64,000 bases of DNA from an uncultured Chloroflexia bacterium (GTDB lineage: Bacteria; Chloroflexota; Limnocylindria; Limnocylindrales; CSP1-4): NCBI GenBank assembly GCA_963780425.1, contig CAWABZ010000012.1:6284-70283 (forward strand), written 5' to 3'. Below, piece after piece: positions 21,585 to 29,745 of the stretch. The position numbers and the translations under genes were made by a program. Below the pieces are notes generated by a model. The model searched no databases, was not told the origin of the DNA, and saw nothing but the letters and a program-made list of their open reading frames with translations. Each line of letters begins with the position of its first letter. Position 1 is the stretch's first letter.

Positions 21585-22505
21585 CTAGTGAGCCGCGGCC
21601 GGGATCAGCGCGTCGTGCATCGCGCGCAGGTGATCTGGGGTGCTCCCGCAGCACGCACCGACGATCCGGGCGCCAGCTTCGTGCATCTGGACGCCGAATG
21701 CGGCCATCGTCGGCGGGTCGGCGCGGTAGACGGCGCGCATGTCGACGAGCTCGGGCATCCCGGCGTTCGACTTCGCGACGAGGACGGCGTCCGGGTTCGC
21801 GGCGTGCATGCGCTCGATCACCGGCAGCAGCTCGTCCGGTCCGTTGCCGCAGTTCCCACCGACAGCGTCGGCGCCCCACGCCACGAGCGCCTCCACGGCC
21901 TGCTCGGGAGAGACGCCCATCATCGTGTAGCCGCGCGTGTCGAAGGTCATCGTCGTGACCAGGGCGATGCCCGGCGCGGCGCGGCGAACACCCTCGATCG
22001 CGGCCTTGATCTCGTTGAGGTCGGACATCGTCTCGATCCAGATGAGATCGACGCCACCGGCGACGAGCGACGCGGCCTGCTCGCGGAACACGTCGACTGC
22101 GATGTCGTAGTCGAGCGTGCCGAGCGGGGCGACGATCTCGCCACTCGGACCGATGTCACCGGCGACGAGGGCTGTCCCGCCTGCGGCGTTGACCTCGGCC
22201 CGTGCGAGGATCGCGGCAGTGCGGTTGAGCTCATCGACACGCTCGCTCAGGCCGTGCAGACCGAGCCGGAGGCGATTGCCGCCGAACGTGTTGGTCATGA
22301 TGATCCGCGACCCGGCGTCGAGGTAGCCGCGCTGGATGCGCCGGATGACCTCGGGCTGGGTCAGGTTCCAGACCTCGGGCGGATCGCCGAACTGGAGCCC
22401 GTTGGCGAAGAGCATCGTGCCCATGGCCCCGTCCGCCAGGACCGGTCCTCCCTCGGCGAGGAGATCGCGGAAACGCTGGCTGGCCTTGCCGCCGTCGATG
22501 GCGCG
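21585..22505 (-). CDS. Homocysteine S-methyltransferase family protein (N-terminus/start disrupted)
   Basis: ATG ORF 21585-22424 (MGTMLFANG...GNCG...CCGSTPDHLRAM). Family homology continues upstream in frame (FRDLLAEGGPVLADGA) with no in-frame start codon. The nearest ATG is in another frame. Confidence 0.7.
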   Translation of the reverse strand, partial: RAIDGGKASQRFRDLLAEGGPVLADGAMGTMLFANGLQFGDPPEVWNLTQPEVIRRIQRGYLDAGSRIIMTNTFGGNRLRLGLHGLSERVDELNRTAAILARAEVNAAGGTALVAGDIGPSGEIVAPLGTLDYDIAVDVFREQAASLVAGGVDLIWIETMSDLNEIKAAIEGVRRAAPGIALVTTMTFDTRGYTMMGVSPEQAVEALVAWGADAVGGNCGNGPDELLPVIERMHAANPDAVLVAKSNAGMPELVDMRAVYRADPPTMAAFGVQMHEAGARIVGACCGSTPDHLRAMHDALIPAAAH

Positions 22506-23048
22506 GCGCGTGGCGACGTCGGGGAACCGGTCGTGGTCGACAGGCTCGATCGTGCTGGTCCCCGCGTCGGCGGTGTCGGTCGTCGCGCCGGAGCGGTGTC
22601 CGCGCGCCCGAAGACCGCGGCGAGGGCTGGGCTGTCCATGTGGCGATGATAGCGGTGGCGCGAAGCGGACCTTCTGAGCGCTTGGAACATCCCGAGGTTA
22701 CGAACTCAGCGTGAGCACATGACCGGGACCCCGATCCGCGAGTCCCGCGCGATCTGGAACATCTCGACGTTCCGAACGGCACGGGAGATGGCCTGGGACC
22801 AGTGCTCCGGTGCGCGACGGAACATGTCATGTTCCAGGGTAGAGATCATTGACACGCCCCCGCGTCATGCCGCACCCTGCGCGCGATGCATCACCCCATC
22901 GACGTCACCGCCGCCCTGTCGCAGCAGCGGCCCGCGAGGGCCCGCTCGAGCTGATGGCTGCGCCCCACGCGGGCGCCGACAACTGATCTGAGAGGAACAC
23001 CCTCGGCACGAACGCCGAGGGTTTTTCATGTTCACGGGAGCCCACACC

Positions 23049-23666
23049 ATGGATCCGACGCTCTTCCTCCGAGGCCTCGTCCTTGGGTTCACGATCGCCG
23101 CCGCGGTCGGCCCGATCAGCTTGCTGTGCATCCGGCGCACCCTCGCGCAGGGCCGGTTGGTCGGGCTGGTATCCGGGATGGGCGTCGCGACCGCCGACGC
23201 GACGTACGGGGCGATCGCCGCGTTCGGCCTGACGGCCGTCACCGACCTCCTCGTCGACTGGCGACGCGTGCTCGGGATCGTGGGCGGCGCCTTCCTGCTG
23301 TGGCTCGCCTGGCGCACGTTCCGCTCGGTGCCGGGCGAGGCGGCCACGACCGGCACGAATGGCCGCCGCGGGCTGCCGGGCGCGTACCTGAGCACGCTCG
23401 GCCTGACCCTGACCAATCCGATGACGATCCTGTCGTTCGCCGCGCTGTTCGTGGGCCTCGGCGCGACGGGCGGCGACGCGGCCGGCGCCACCTCGCTGAC
23501 CCTCGGCGTGTTCGCGGGGTCGGCGGCGTGGTGGGTCGTGCTCGTCATCGCGGTCGGCGCCTTCCGGTCGCGGCTGACGCCCGCTGGGCTGCGACGGGTC
23601 AACGTCGCGTCCGGGCTGATCATCGGCGCTTTTGCCGTCGTGGCCGTGGCGACGGCCATGGCCTGA
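23049..23666 (+). CDS. LysE/RhtB family amino-acid exporter
   Basis: ~205 aa with 6 TM helices and the LysE-type N-terminus (MDPTLFLRGLVLGFTIAAAVGPI). Confidence 0.85.
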   Translation: MDPTLFLRGLVLGFTIAAAVGPISLLCIRRTLAQGRLVGLVSGMGVATADATYGAIAAFGLTAVTDLLVDWRRVLGIVGGAFLLWLAWRTFRSVPGEAATTGTNGRRGLPGAYLSTLGLTLTNPMTILSFAALFVGLGATGGDAAGATSLTLGVFAGSAAWWVVLVIAVGAFRSRLTPAGLRRVNVASGLIIGAFAVVAVATAMA

Positions 23667-23769
23667 ATTCGACGAACCCGCCGGCTCCGGCGGGCTCGTC
23701 CTCAGGTGCTGTGCGATCCCGGTCTGGTCCTGCGCAGGTCGACCGGAGCCAGAGGCAAGGCCGGGCGGG

Positions 23770-24201
23770 TCAGGCCGTCGCCTTCTGGGCGACCTTTCCC
23801 TGCTGCAGGATCCGGATGGGGTTGCCGAAAGGATCGCGCAGGCCCATGTCGGTGCCATAGAAGTGGTCGGTGGGCTCCTGGGTGAAGTCGGTGACGCCGC
23901 GTGCCTGGAGGGTCTCGTACAGGCCCCGGGCGTCGTCCGTGATGAAGACGAGCCCGCCCAGGGCGCCCTTGGTGATCAGCTCGCGGAGCTGCGCAGCGGT
24001 CGATTCGTCGTGCAGCGGCGGGCCGGGCTGCTCCAGGGAGACCTCGGTCTCCGCGTTGCCGGGAACGCGCACCGTCAGCCAGCGGTAGTCACCCTGCCGG
24101 ACATCGTTGCCGACTTCGAGTCCGAGCTTGTTGACGTAGAAGTCCAGCGCCTCCTCCTTGTCGAGGACATAGATGGAGGCGACGTTCAGCCTGTTGATCA
24201 T
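23770..24201 (-). CDS. VOC (glyoxalase/bleomycin-resistance) family protein
   Basis: VOC fold (IYVLDKEEALDFYVNKLG ... HFYGTDMGLRDPFGNPIRI). Start taken at the internal ATG 24201. Confidence 0.75.
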   Translation of the reverse strand: MINRLNVASIYVLDKEEALDFYVNKLGLEVGNDVRQGDYRWLTVRVPGNAETEVSLEQPGPPLHDESTAAQLRELITKGALGGLVFITDDARGLYETLQARGVTDFTQEPTDHFYGTDMGLRDPFGNPIRILQQGKVAQKATA

Positions 24202-24244
24202 GGCGATCCTCACTTGTGCGTGTTCATCGGGGTTGGTCCCGATC

Positions 24245-24697
24245 CTAGGGCGCTGCCGCACCGGCGGCTTCTCCAAAACTGCTCGATCTCATTGCCTCGC
24301 CGTACCCCACCCGCGGACGCATGGCGGCCAGCTGGACGCAGTTGGGAGCCACCACCGGCCCGTGGCCAGCGCGATAGTGCGACGGCGTCTCGCCGACGAT
24401 CTCCCGGAACATGCGGCTGAAGGTCCCCAGGCTGGTGAAGCCGACGTCGAGGCAGATGTCGGTGACACTGCGGTCGGTCTCGCGCAGCAGGAACATCGAA
24501 CGCTCCACTCGCCGCCGCTGCAGGTATCGATGCGGTGTCTCCCCGAAGACGGCGCGGAAGCTGCGGCTGAAGTGCGCCTCGGAGATATGGGCCACCGCGG
24601 CCACCGCGCGGACATCGAGCGGCTCGGCGTAGGCGCGGTCCATGGCGTCGCGAGCGCGCAGCAGACGCCGGTTCAGATCCTCGACTTCCAGGCTCAC
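24245..24697 (-). CDS. AraC-family transcriptional regulator (HTH_18 domain only)
   Basis: 150 aa with two AraC HTH repeats (SRSFRAVFGETPHRYLQRRRVERSMFLL ... VGFTSLGTFSRMFREIVGETP). Confidence 0.85.
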   Translation of the reverse strand: MSLEVEDLNRRLLRARDAMDRAYAEPLDVRAVAAVAHISEAHFSRSFRAVFGETPHRYLQRRRVERSMFLLRETDRSVTDICLDVGFTSLGTFSRMFREIVGETPSHYRAGHGPVVAPNCVQLAAMRPRVGYGEAMRSSSFGEAAGAAAP

Positions 24698-24795
24698 GTT
24701 GGCACGCTACGCCATCCGCGGGGCGTGTGCTCAGCCCGCCTCCGTCGACAACTCCGGATCGCGCGGAACATACTCGCGCCATCGACGGATGTGGA

Positions 24796-24871
24796 TGGTC
24801 GGGGAGGTGGGACTCGAACCCACGATCTCGTGCTCCCAAAGCACGTGCGTTGCCGACTACGCCACTCCCCG
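24796..24871 (-). tRNA. tRNA-Pro (anticodon TGG)
   Basis: The reverse complement folds as a cloverleaf: acceptor CGGGGAG, anticodon stem cgtgc/gcacg with loop tttggga (UGG), T-arm GGTTCGAGTCC, encoded CCA. Confidence 0.9.
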
Positions 24872-24872
24872 G
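24832..24872. repeat. Left copy of the 41-nt direct repeat (5' half of tRNA-Pro, anticodon loop to 5' end), attL-like
   Basis: gctcccaaagcacgtgcgttgccgactacgccactccccgg. Identical except for one mismatch to 28557-28597. Confidence 0.85.
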
Positions 24873-25009
24873 CGGTTTCGTGCTCCGGGACCGCATGTGC
24901 TCCGGTTCACGGCCGGTGGCGGCTGGCCTACAGCGTTCTAATCGCAATGCTGAACGGTGCTTAGAATCACTCGGCAGCGAGGGAACGCGCTGATCACCAC
25001 CACAGACGT

Positions 25010-25029
25010 GGCTCATCATACGGCCACGT
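25010..25029. repeat. 20-nt repeat ggctcatcatacggccacgt (copy 1), contains minus-strand TATGAT
   Basis: Exact copy at 28609-28628. It lies 138 nt from the tRNA 5' end here versus 12 nt in the right copy. Confidence 0.8.
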
Positions 25030-25155
25030 CGGAGCTTGCGGCGCCCAGCGCGTCCTGGCGCCGCCACCTGACCGTTCAGCGGATGAGCCCGGCGACGCTG
25101 TCGACGTACGGCCCCTCCCGCTCGGCAGCTCGCGCGTTTTCTGGCTGAGCGGTGC

Positions 25156-25720
25156 ATGCCGACATCGCCAGCCGCGATCACCAGAGAGCACGTCGAGGCG
25201 TTCATCACCGATCTACTCGATCGCTGGAAGCCGACGACCGCCCACAACCGCTATCGGGCGGTCGGCTCGTTCTTCCGTTGGCTCGTCGACGAAGGCGAAA
25301 TCAAGAGAAGCCCGATGGATCGAATGAAACCCCCCGCGGCTCTCCGAGACGCCACCGCCGGTCCTGCGCGAGGGCGAGCTGAAACGCCTGTTCGCCGTCT
25401 GCGCGGACCGACAAGACATTCGCCGGCCGTCGAGACGAGGCGATCCTCGCTGCGTTCATCGACACCGGTTGCCGGCGCAGCGAGGTGTTAGGTCTAACGC
25501 TCGACGATGTCGACCTAGACGCTGGAACTCTGCGTGAGGTCGGCGAGAAGCCGTGGGGCGAGAACCCGCCTTTTCGATGCCGGCGTTCGTCCTCACATAC
25601 GAGACCCGCGAGCCCGTTACCAAGGAGGGCGGGACGAGTTACACGGAAGCGACGTCGATGATCGAAGGCTTGAATGTGACGCACCTGTCGTACCTAGCCC
25701 CGAAGCGTCAGGCCCGATCA
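25156..25720 (+). pseudogene. Tyrosine recombinase/integrase remnant (frameshifts and internal deletion)
   Basis: Intact N-terminal SAM-like core-binding domain (ITREHVEAFITDLLDRWKPTTAHNRYRAVGSFFRWLVDEG). Out-of-frame catalytic-domain fragments follow (ILAAFIDTGCRRSEVLGLTLDDVDLDAGTLRVRGEK; C-terminal GGTSYTEATSMIEG resembling the GHSxxxTTxxY region). No continuous ORF. Confidence 0.75.
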
Positions 25721-25840
25721 CCAGGACTGGAATCGCCGCAAACCCGTGACCCTTCGCGCCCGTGTAGCCGGCAATGGACACTGGAACGGGCGCCCATCGG
25801 AACGCTAGTGCCGCCGGGCGCCCTATCCTTGCTGCCGTAC

Positions 25841-27217
25841 TCAGCGAGGCGTCAGTGTGACTTCGCCGCCGGTGTCGCCGGTCCCTTCCTGCTCGCGCTC
25901 CTTGGCCGCGCTCTCCCGCTCACGCCCTCGTTTGGCGCGCTCCGCCTCGCGCGCCTCACGGTCCTGTTCCGCCTGCGCCTTCTTGGCCTCCGCTTCCTCG
26001 TCGCGTTGGCGTTCGGTCTCATCGACCTTGGAGCGGAGATCCTCGACGGCCGGTGCGCTGATGCCCGGCCCCGACGCGACCTCGAGTGTGGCCTCGCCTG
26101 GCCTCTCGGCTCGCATCTCGTCCCGTTGGAAGGCGACCTCCCCCTTGTAGACCGACCCGAGCAGGCTATCGAGCGCGCCCGCGTCGTGGGCGCGCTGGAC
26201 CGCGGCGTGGGTGATCAGATCGCCCAGGTCGAGGATGACGCGATCCTCGAGGTCCAGGAACACCTTCGTGACCGGGCGGCCGACTGCGTCCTCGATCTGG
26301 TCCAGACGGCGCTTGATCTGCTCGTGGTCGACTCTCTTGCCGGCCGCGTCGGTCATCTCGCCGACCTTGCGCGTGAACTTGTCCCACATGCCCGCCGCGC
26401 TGTCGCCGGCCGCGCCCAGCGCATCCTTCGCACTGGCCGCGGCCAAGCCCGCCTCGCCCAGGCCGACGGCGGCGGTCAGATCCGCCAATTTATCGGCCGC
26501 GCGAGCACGTTCGATGTCGTCGCTCGTGACGCGGCGGCCAGCCGGGACCACGACCGCGCCGTTGTCGTCCTCGACGTCCCGCCCGGTGCGCTTCCCGATG
26601 AGGGCGTCCTCTGGCTTGGCCTCCGCGGTGGCGGCCTTGGCGCCGTCGGTGGCTTCGCCCACCGCGCTCTTGGCCTTGTCGCCGACACCGGCGAGCGCAC
26701 CGCTGATACCACCCCGCTGCTGCTCGAGCAGGTCCGCCGTCTCGGGATGGACGTAGGCGACATCGGGACCGACTCGCACGAGCTCCTCGACGGGAACGTA
26801 GCGCGTCCCCTGGGCCGCATCCGTGAAGACGCCGCCGGACAGCTCGAAGCCGAGGATCCGCCCGGTCGGCTCGTCGAAGTAGACGTCGTTGATCTTGCCC
26901 TGGTCGTCGCCTGTCTCGGTGAACACGCGTGTCCCGAGCAGCGACTGGTCGCGCGCGACAATGGACCCGATCTCGGGCACCTCGTTCGCCGCGATCACAC
27001 TCTCGCGTCGGGCGACGACCACCGCGTCGCGACCGAAGCTGACGACTTCCTCGATGGGGACGACGTGGGAGCTCGCAAGGAACCCGCCTTCATCGGCAAG
27101 CAGTCCGACGACGTTGTCGTTGCCGGCGCCGAGGATGACGTCCTTGACCTCGTGCAGACGTGTCCCGTCCGCCAAGCTCAGGATCGGCTTGCCGATCACG
27201 CTCTTGCCCTTGCGCAT
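25841..27217 (-). CDS. Multi-PRC-barrel domain protein with charged C-terminal tail (stress-protein-like)
   Basis: 458 aa with repeated PRC-barrel signatures (VIGKPILSLADGTRLHEVKDVIL; GTRVFTETGDDQGKINDVYFD; RYVPVEELV) and an E/R/K/A-rich C-terminus. Confidence 0.7.
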   Translation of the reverse strand: MRKGKSVIGKPILSLADGTRLHEVKDVILGAGNDNVVGLLADEGGFLASSHVVPIEEVVSFGRDAVVVARRESVIAANEVPEIGSIVARDQSLLGTRVFTETGDDQGKINDVYFDEPTGRILGFELSGGVFTDAAQGTRYVPVEELVRVGPDVAYVHPETADLLEQQRGGISGALAGVGDKAKSAVGEATDGAKAATAEAKPEDALIGKRTGRDVEDDNGAVVVPAGRRVTSDDIERARAADKLADLTAAVGLGEAGLAAASAKDALGAAGDSAAGMWDKFTRKVGEMTDAAGKRVDHEQIKRRLDQIEDAVGRPVTKVFLDLEDRVILDLGDLITHAAVQRAHDAGALDSLLGSVYKGEVAFQRDEMRAERPGEATLEVASGPGISAPAVEDLRSKVDETERQRDEEAEAKKAQAEQDREAREAERAKRGRERESAAKEREQEGTGDTGGEVTLTPR

Positions 27218-27226
27218 GACGGCCTC

Positions 27227-27334
27227 CTACAGGATCGGGGTGAAGAAGTAGAGGAAGGCCGCCACCGCGACGATGGCCAGCACCACCAGGACGACGGCGG
27301 TCAGGCGTCCACGGTTCGACGTCCCTTGAAGCCT
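27227..27334 (-). CDS. Small hydrophobic membrane peptide (35 aa), cotranscribed upstream of the PRC-barrel gene
   Basis: MRLQGTSNRGRLTAVVLVVLAIVAVAAFLYFFTPIL. GAAAGGA RBS. Codon third-position GC rises sharply over the hydrophobic part. Confidence 0.4.
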   Translation of the reverse strand, partial: RLQGTSNRGRLTAVVLVVLAIVAVAAFLYFFTPIL

Positions 27335-27402
27335 CATGCCGACGAGTCCTTTCTCTATGCGCGATCTGAGCATCCGGGCCGACCCGCTCGCGAGGCAAGA
27401 GG

Positions 27403-27429
27403 ATTGTAGCCCCCTCCACGTGCCACCAA
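27403..27429 (-). promoter_or_regulatory. Candidate sigma70-type promoter for the small-peptide/PRC-barrel operon
   Basis: On the minus strand: TTGGTG, 15-nt spacer, TACAAT, ~60 nt upstream of the peptide start. Confidence 0.3.
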
Positions 27430-27860
27430 TTGGTCCGGGATAGCCCGGAGCGTTGCAGGGCTGTTGCGCCCATCGAGCCAAGCCAGACAGGGTGAGTGCC
27501 TTGGGAACCGAGCCGGCCGTCAGGGTCGAGGGTCAGCTGGTGCGCCTCGGTGATCGAGGATGCCGTGAGCAGGAGGTCGAGGTCGGCCCAGACGCGCATC
27601 GAGCGCACGATGCCCTTCCCGGTCGGCATGATGTGCGGTGGACGCATCGCCCGGAAGGCCTGCGCGGAAGGCGGCCGCCGAATAGCGCATCGGCCGGTCG
27701 CAATGGGCTACGTGGCATGGACCACCGCAATGCGGTCGAGCCCTCTCCGTGGATCACCCGCACCGTTCGGCGACCCACGATGTGGTCATCGTGTGGGTCT
27801 TACGGCAGGGATCCCGCCCGTCGATCGACGTGGTCGGCCCGCCGCCCCACGAACACCGGC

Positions 27861-27890
27861 CCGGGCCAGCGTTATGTTAGGTGAACGCTG
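27861..27890. promoter_or_regulatory. Perfect 10-bp inverted repeat GGCCAGCGTT-N10-AACGCTGGCC upstream of the DUF2171 gene
   Basis: ggccagcgtt atgttaggtg aacgctggcc ends ~30 nt before ATG 27920, just upstream of the GAGGAG RBS. It could be a dimeric-regulator operator or an RNA hairpin. Confidence 0.4.
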
Positions 27891-27919
27891 GCCGAGGAGA
27901 CTCAAGGACCGAAGTGCGA

Positions 27920-28189
27920 ATGGCAGACCTCAAGCCTGGCTGGACGGTGGTCGGGAACGACGGACGTCGCGTGGGCGCGGTTCGGGAAGTTGGTCAAAAC
28001 TACGTCCTCACCTCCACCGGGCTGGCGAGCGACATCTACGTTCCCGCATCGGCCATCGCCAATGTCGAGCACGAAGTCGTCCACCTTTCGGTCCCGCAGC
28101 GCGATGTGTCGGAGATGGGCTGGCAACAGCCGCCGCGCGGCGACGATGCCCCAGCGACACCTGAAGCGGACCTACACCGGCACGTCTGA
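27920..28189 (+). CDS. DUF2171 / PRC-barrel-like small protein
   Basis: MADLKPGWTVVGNDGRRVGAVREVGQNYVL...YVPASAIANVEHEVVHLSV is the typical DUF2171 pattern. GAGGAG RBS. Confidence 0.6.
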   Translation: MADLKPGWTVVGNDGRRVGAVREVGQNYVLTSTGLASDIYVPASAIANVEHEVVHLSVPQRDVSEMGWQQPPRGDDAPATPEADLHRHV

Positions 28190-28556
28190 CTGGGCGACGT
28201 CGGCGCCATCGCTAGGGGTCTACAGGCAATCGAAGGACCTTCCGCGGCGAACCCCTCGGTCTATAGACATCGCTACGCTCCCGGACTAACCACTTCGCGG
28301 CCGCCACCGGTCACGGACCCTCGATCCCGACTGTCAAGGTCGCAGCCGGCCAGTCGGTCCGGCCGACCGGGGGTTAGACAACGCGGCGATCTGCCGGCGA
28401 CAGAGTCGCCGCCGTTCGTGTGCGGCATCAATCGGAAAGGCCGCGTTCGCCGCCGCTACTCCACGTGGTCCTCGCGAACCGCAGGATAATCGAGGTTCGT
28501 TCGCTCCCGGAGTCCACGCTCAGGAGCACCCCAGCTACAGCGCTAACGGCCTCAGG

Positions 28557-28597
28557 GCTCCCAAAGCACGTGCGTTGCCAACTACGCCACTCCCCGG
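28557..28597. repeat. Right copy of the 41-nt direct repeat (residual chromosomal tRNA-Pro 5' half), attR-like
   Basis: gctcccaaagcacgtgcgttgccaactacgccactccccgg. Followed 12 nt later by the 20-nt TATGAT-containing repeat (28609-28628), i.e. a promoter-like -10 at correct distance for the ancestral tRNA. Confidence 0.85.
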
Positions 28598-28608
28598 AGT
28601 CCCGACGC

Positions 28609-28628
28609 GGCTCATCATACGGCCACGT
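28609..28628. repeat. 20-nt repeat ggctcatcatacggccacgt (copy 2)
   Basis: Exact match to 25010-25029. Confidence 0.8.
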
Positions 28629-28730
28629 GACGCACTTCCCTCGACGGAGGTCAACGAGGAATTCCCCCACCGGTCTCGACGTCGCAACCGCCGACCAGTA
28701 TGTGAGGATGGCCGGTTGTCCAGCCGGGAT

Positions 28731-29187
28731 CTATGTGCCTGCCAGTATCGGACAGAGCGGCTCCAGGTGGCCACGAAGCTCGCCGGTGACCAGATTCACA
28801 CGCCCGGAGAAGTCATTCAGGCCAGGTTCGAACCCGACCGGTCCTCCGACGCGACCCGAGGCGTATGACTCACCGGTCGCGAGGAACGCGTGGGACGGCC
28901 CGGAGATCTTGATCGTGACCGTCACGCCATTCGCGGGATTCCTCAGCGTGGCGACGAGTCTGCCCGTGATGATCTGCTTGACCGGCTCCCCAGCACTGTC
29001 GAAGTAGGTCGTGATGAACTCTTGGTTCACCGGGAAGGTCGCGACGACGAGGAAGCCGCAGCTCGTGTCCTCGATGACATCGGGTAATACGAACGGCTCG
29101 CGCACCGGCTCCTTCGCCAGGGCGGGGGTCACGAGTGCCAGAGCCGTCACGAGGCACAACGTCGCAGAGATCCAGAGGCGTCGCATC
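28731..29187 (-). CDS. Hypothetical secreted protein
   Basis: ATG 29187 with AGGAGGA RBS. Signal peptide MRRLWISATLCLVTALALVTPALA. Confidence 0.5.
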
Positions 29188-29381
29188 GCCAGTCCTCCTA
29201 GGTCGGGTCGACCTGTGCGTCCCACGACGGCCGAAGCAACCCGGACATCGACCGCGTGCAGCGAGTCCCCCGATCCGATGCCAGCATATGCCGCGCTCAT
29301 CGCAGGGCAAGCCCTCCGGTGCCGATCGGCACCACTAGGCGCGGTGCCGGGTGCGCGTCAAGACGATCACATCGCACGGGT

Positions 29382-29681
29382 TCAAGCCTCGACGTTTCGA
29401 ACTCCGAGGACGCGCGAGCCCTTGCGGTAGGGGTCGAGCGCGACGCGCAGACGATCGACGTCGGCGCTCGTCGCGGCATGGTGACGGTGGAGGTAGTCTT
29501 GGACCTCGACCTCGCGGTAGCGCCTAGTATCTCGCCGGCCGACGGCGATGAACGGCACCTCTTGGGCGGGGATCCGGCGCACCGAACTGGGAGCAAGCCC
29601 GACCCGCTGGGCGACTCCCTCGGTCCGAAGCCTGGTGATGCCGTCTGTCCAGCGTGCGACTGTGCAACCAACCGGAGCCAC
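29382..29681 (-). CDS. Helix-turn-helix DNA-binding protein, excisionase/AlpA (HTH_17)-like
   Basis: GVAQRVGLAPSSVRRIPAQEVPFIAVGRRDTRRYREVEVQDYL matches the Xis/MerR-type HTH_17 pattern. Start uncertain. Confidence 0.5.
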   Translation of the reverse strand: MAPVGCTVARWTDGITRLRTEGVAQRVGLAPSSVRRIPAQEVPFIAVGRRDTRRYREVEVQDYLHRHHAATSADVDRLRVALDPYRKGSRVLGVRNVEA

Positions 29682-29745
29682 TCCCTCCGAGGTTGGGCCC
29701 CTAACGTCAGCCGATCAACCTGGGTCGGGATGGGGTCGCATCCGA

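Larger units (their letters stand above)
24873..28556. mobile_element. Degraded tRNA-Pro-associated integrative islet (~3.7 kb) with integrase remnant and PRC-barrel cargo
   Basis: Bounded by the 41-nt direct repeats of the tRNA 5' half. An integrase pseudogene sits next to the intact tRNA. Cargo: PRC-barrel proteins and small ORFs. Confidence 0.7.

Noticed and set aside
27496-28164. 222-aa plus-strand ORF inside the island
   Set aside because: R/S/G-rich low-complexity translation. It overlaps the minus-strand small-peptide promoter and the DUF2171 gene out of frame. It shares third-codon positions with the minus-strand candidate at 27510-27647, which explains its apparent GC3 bias.
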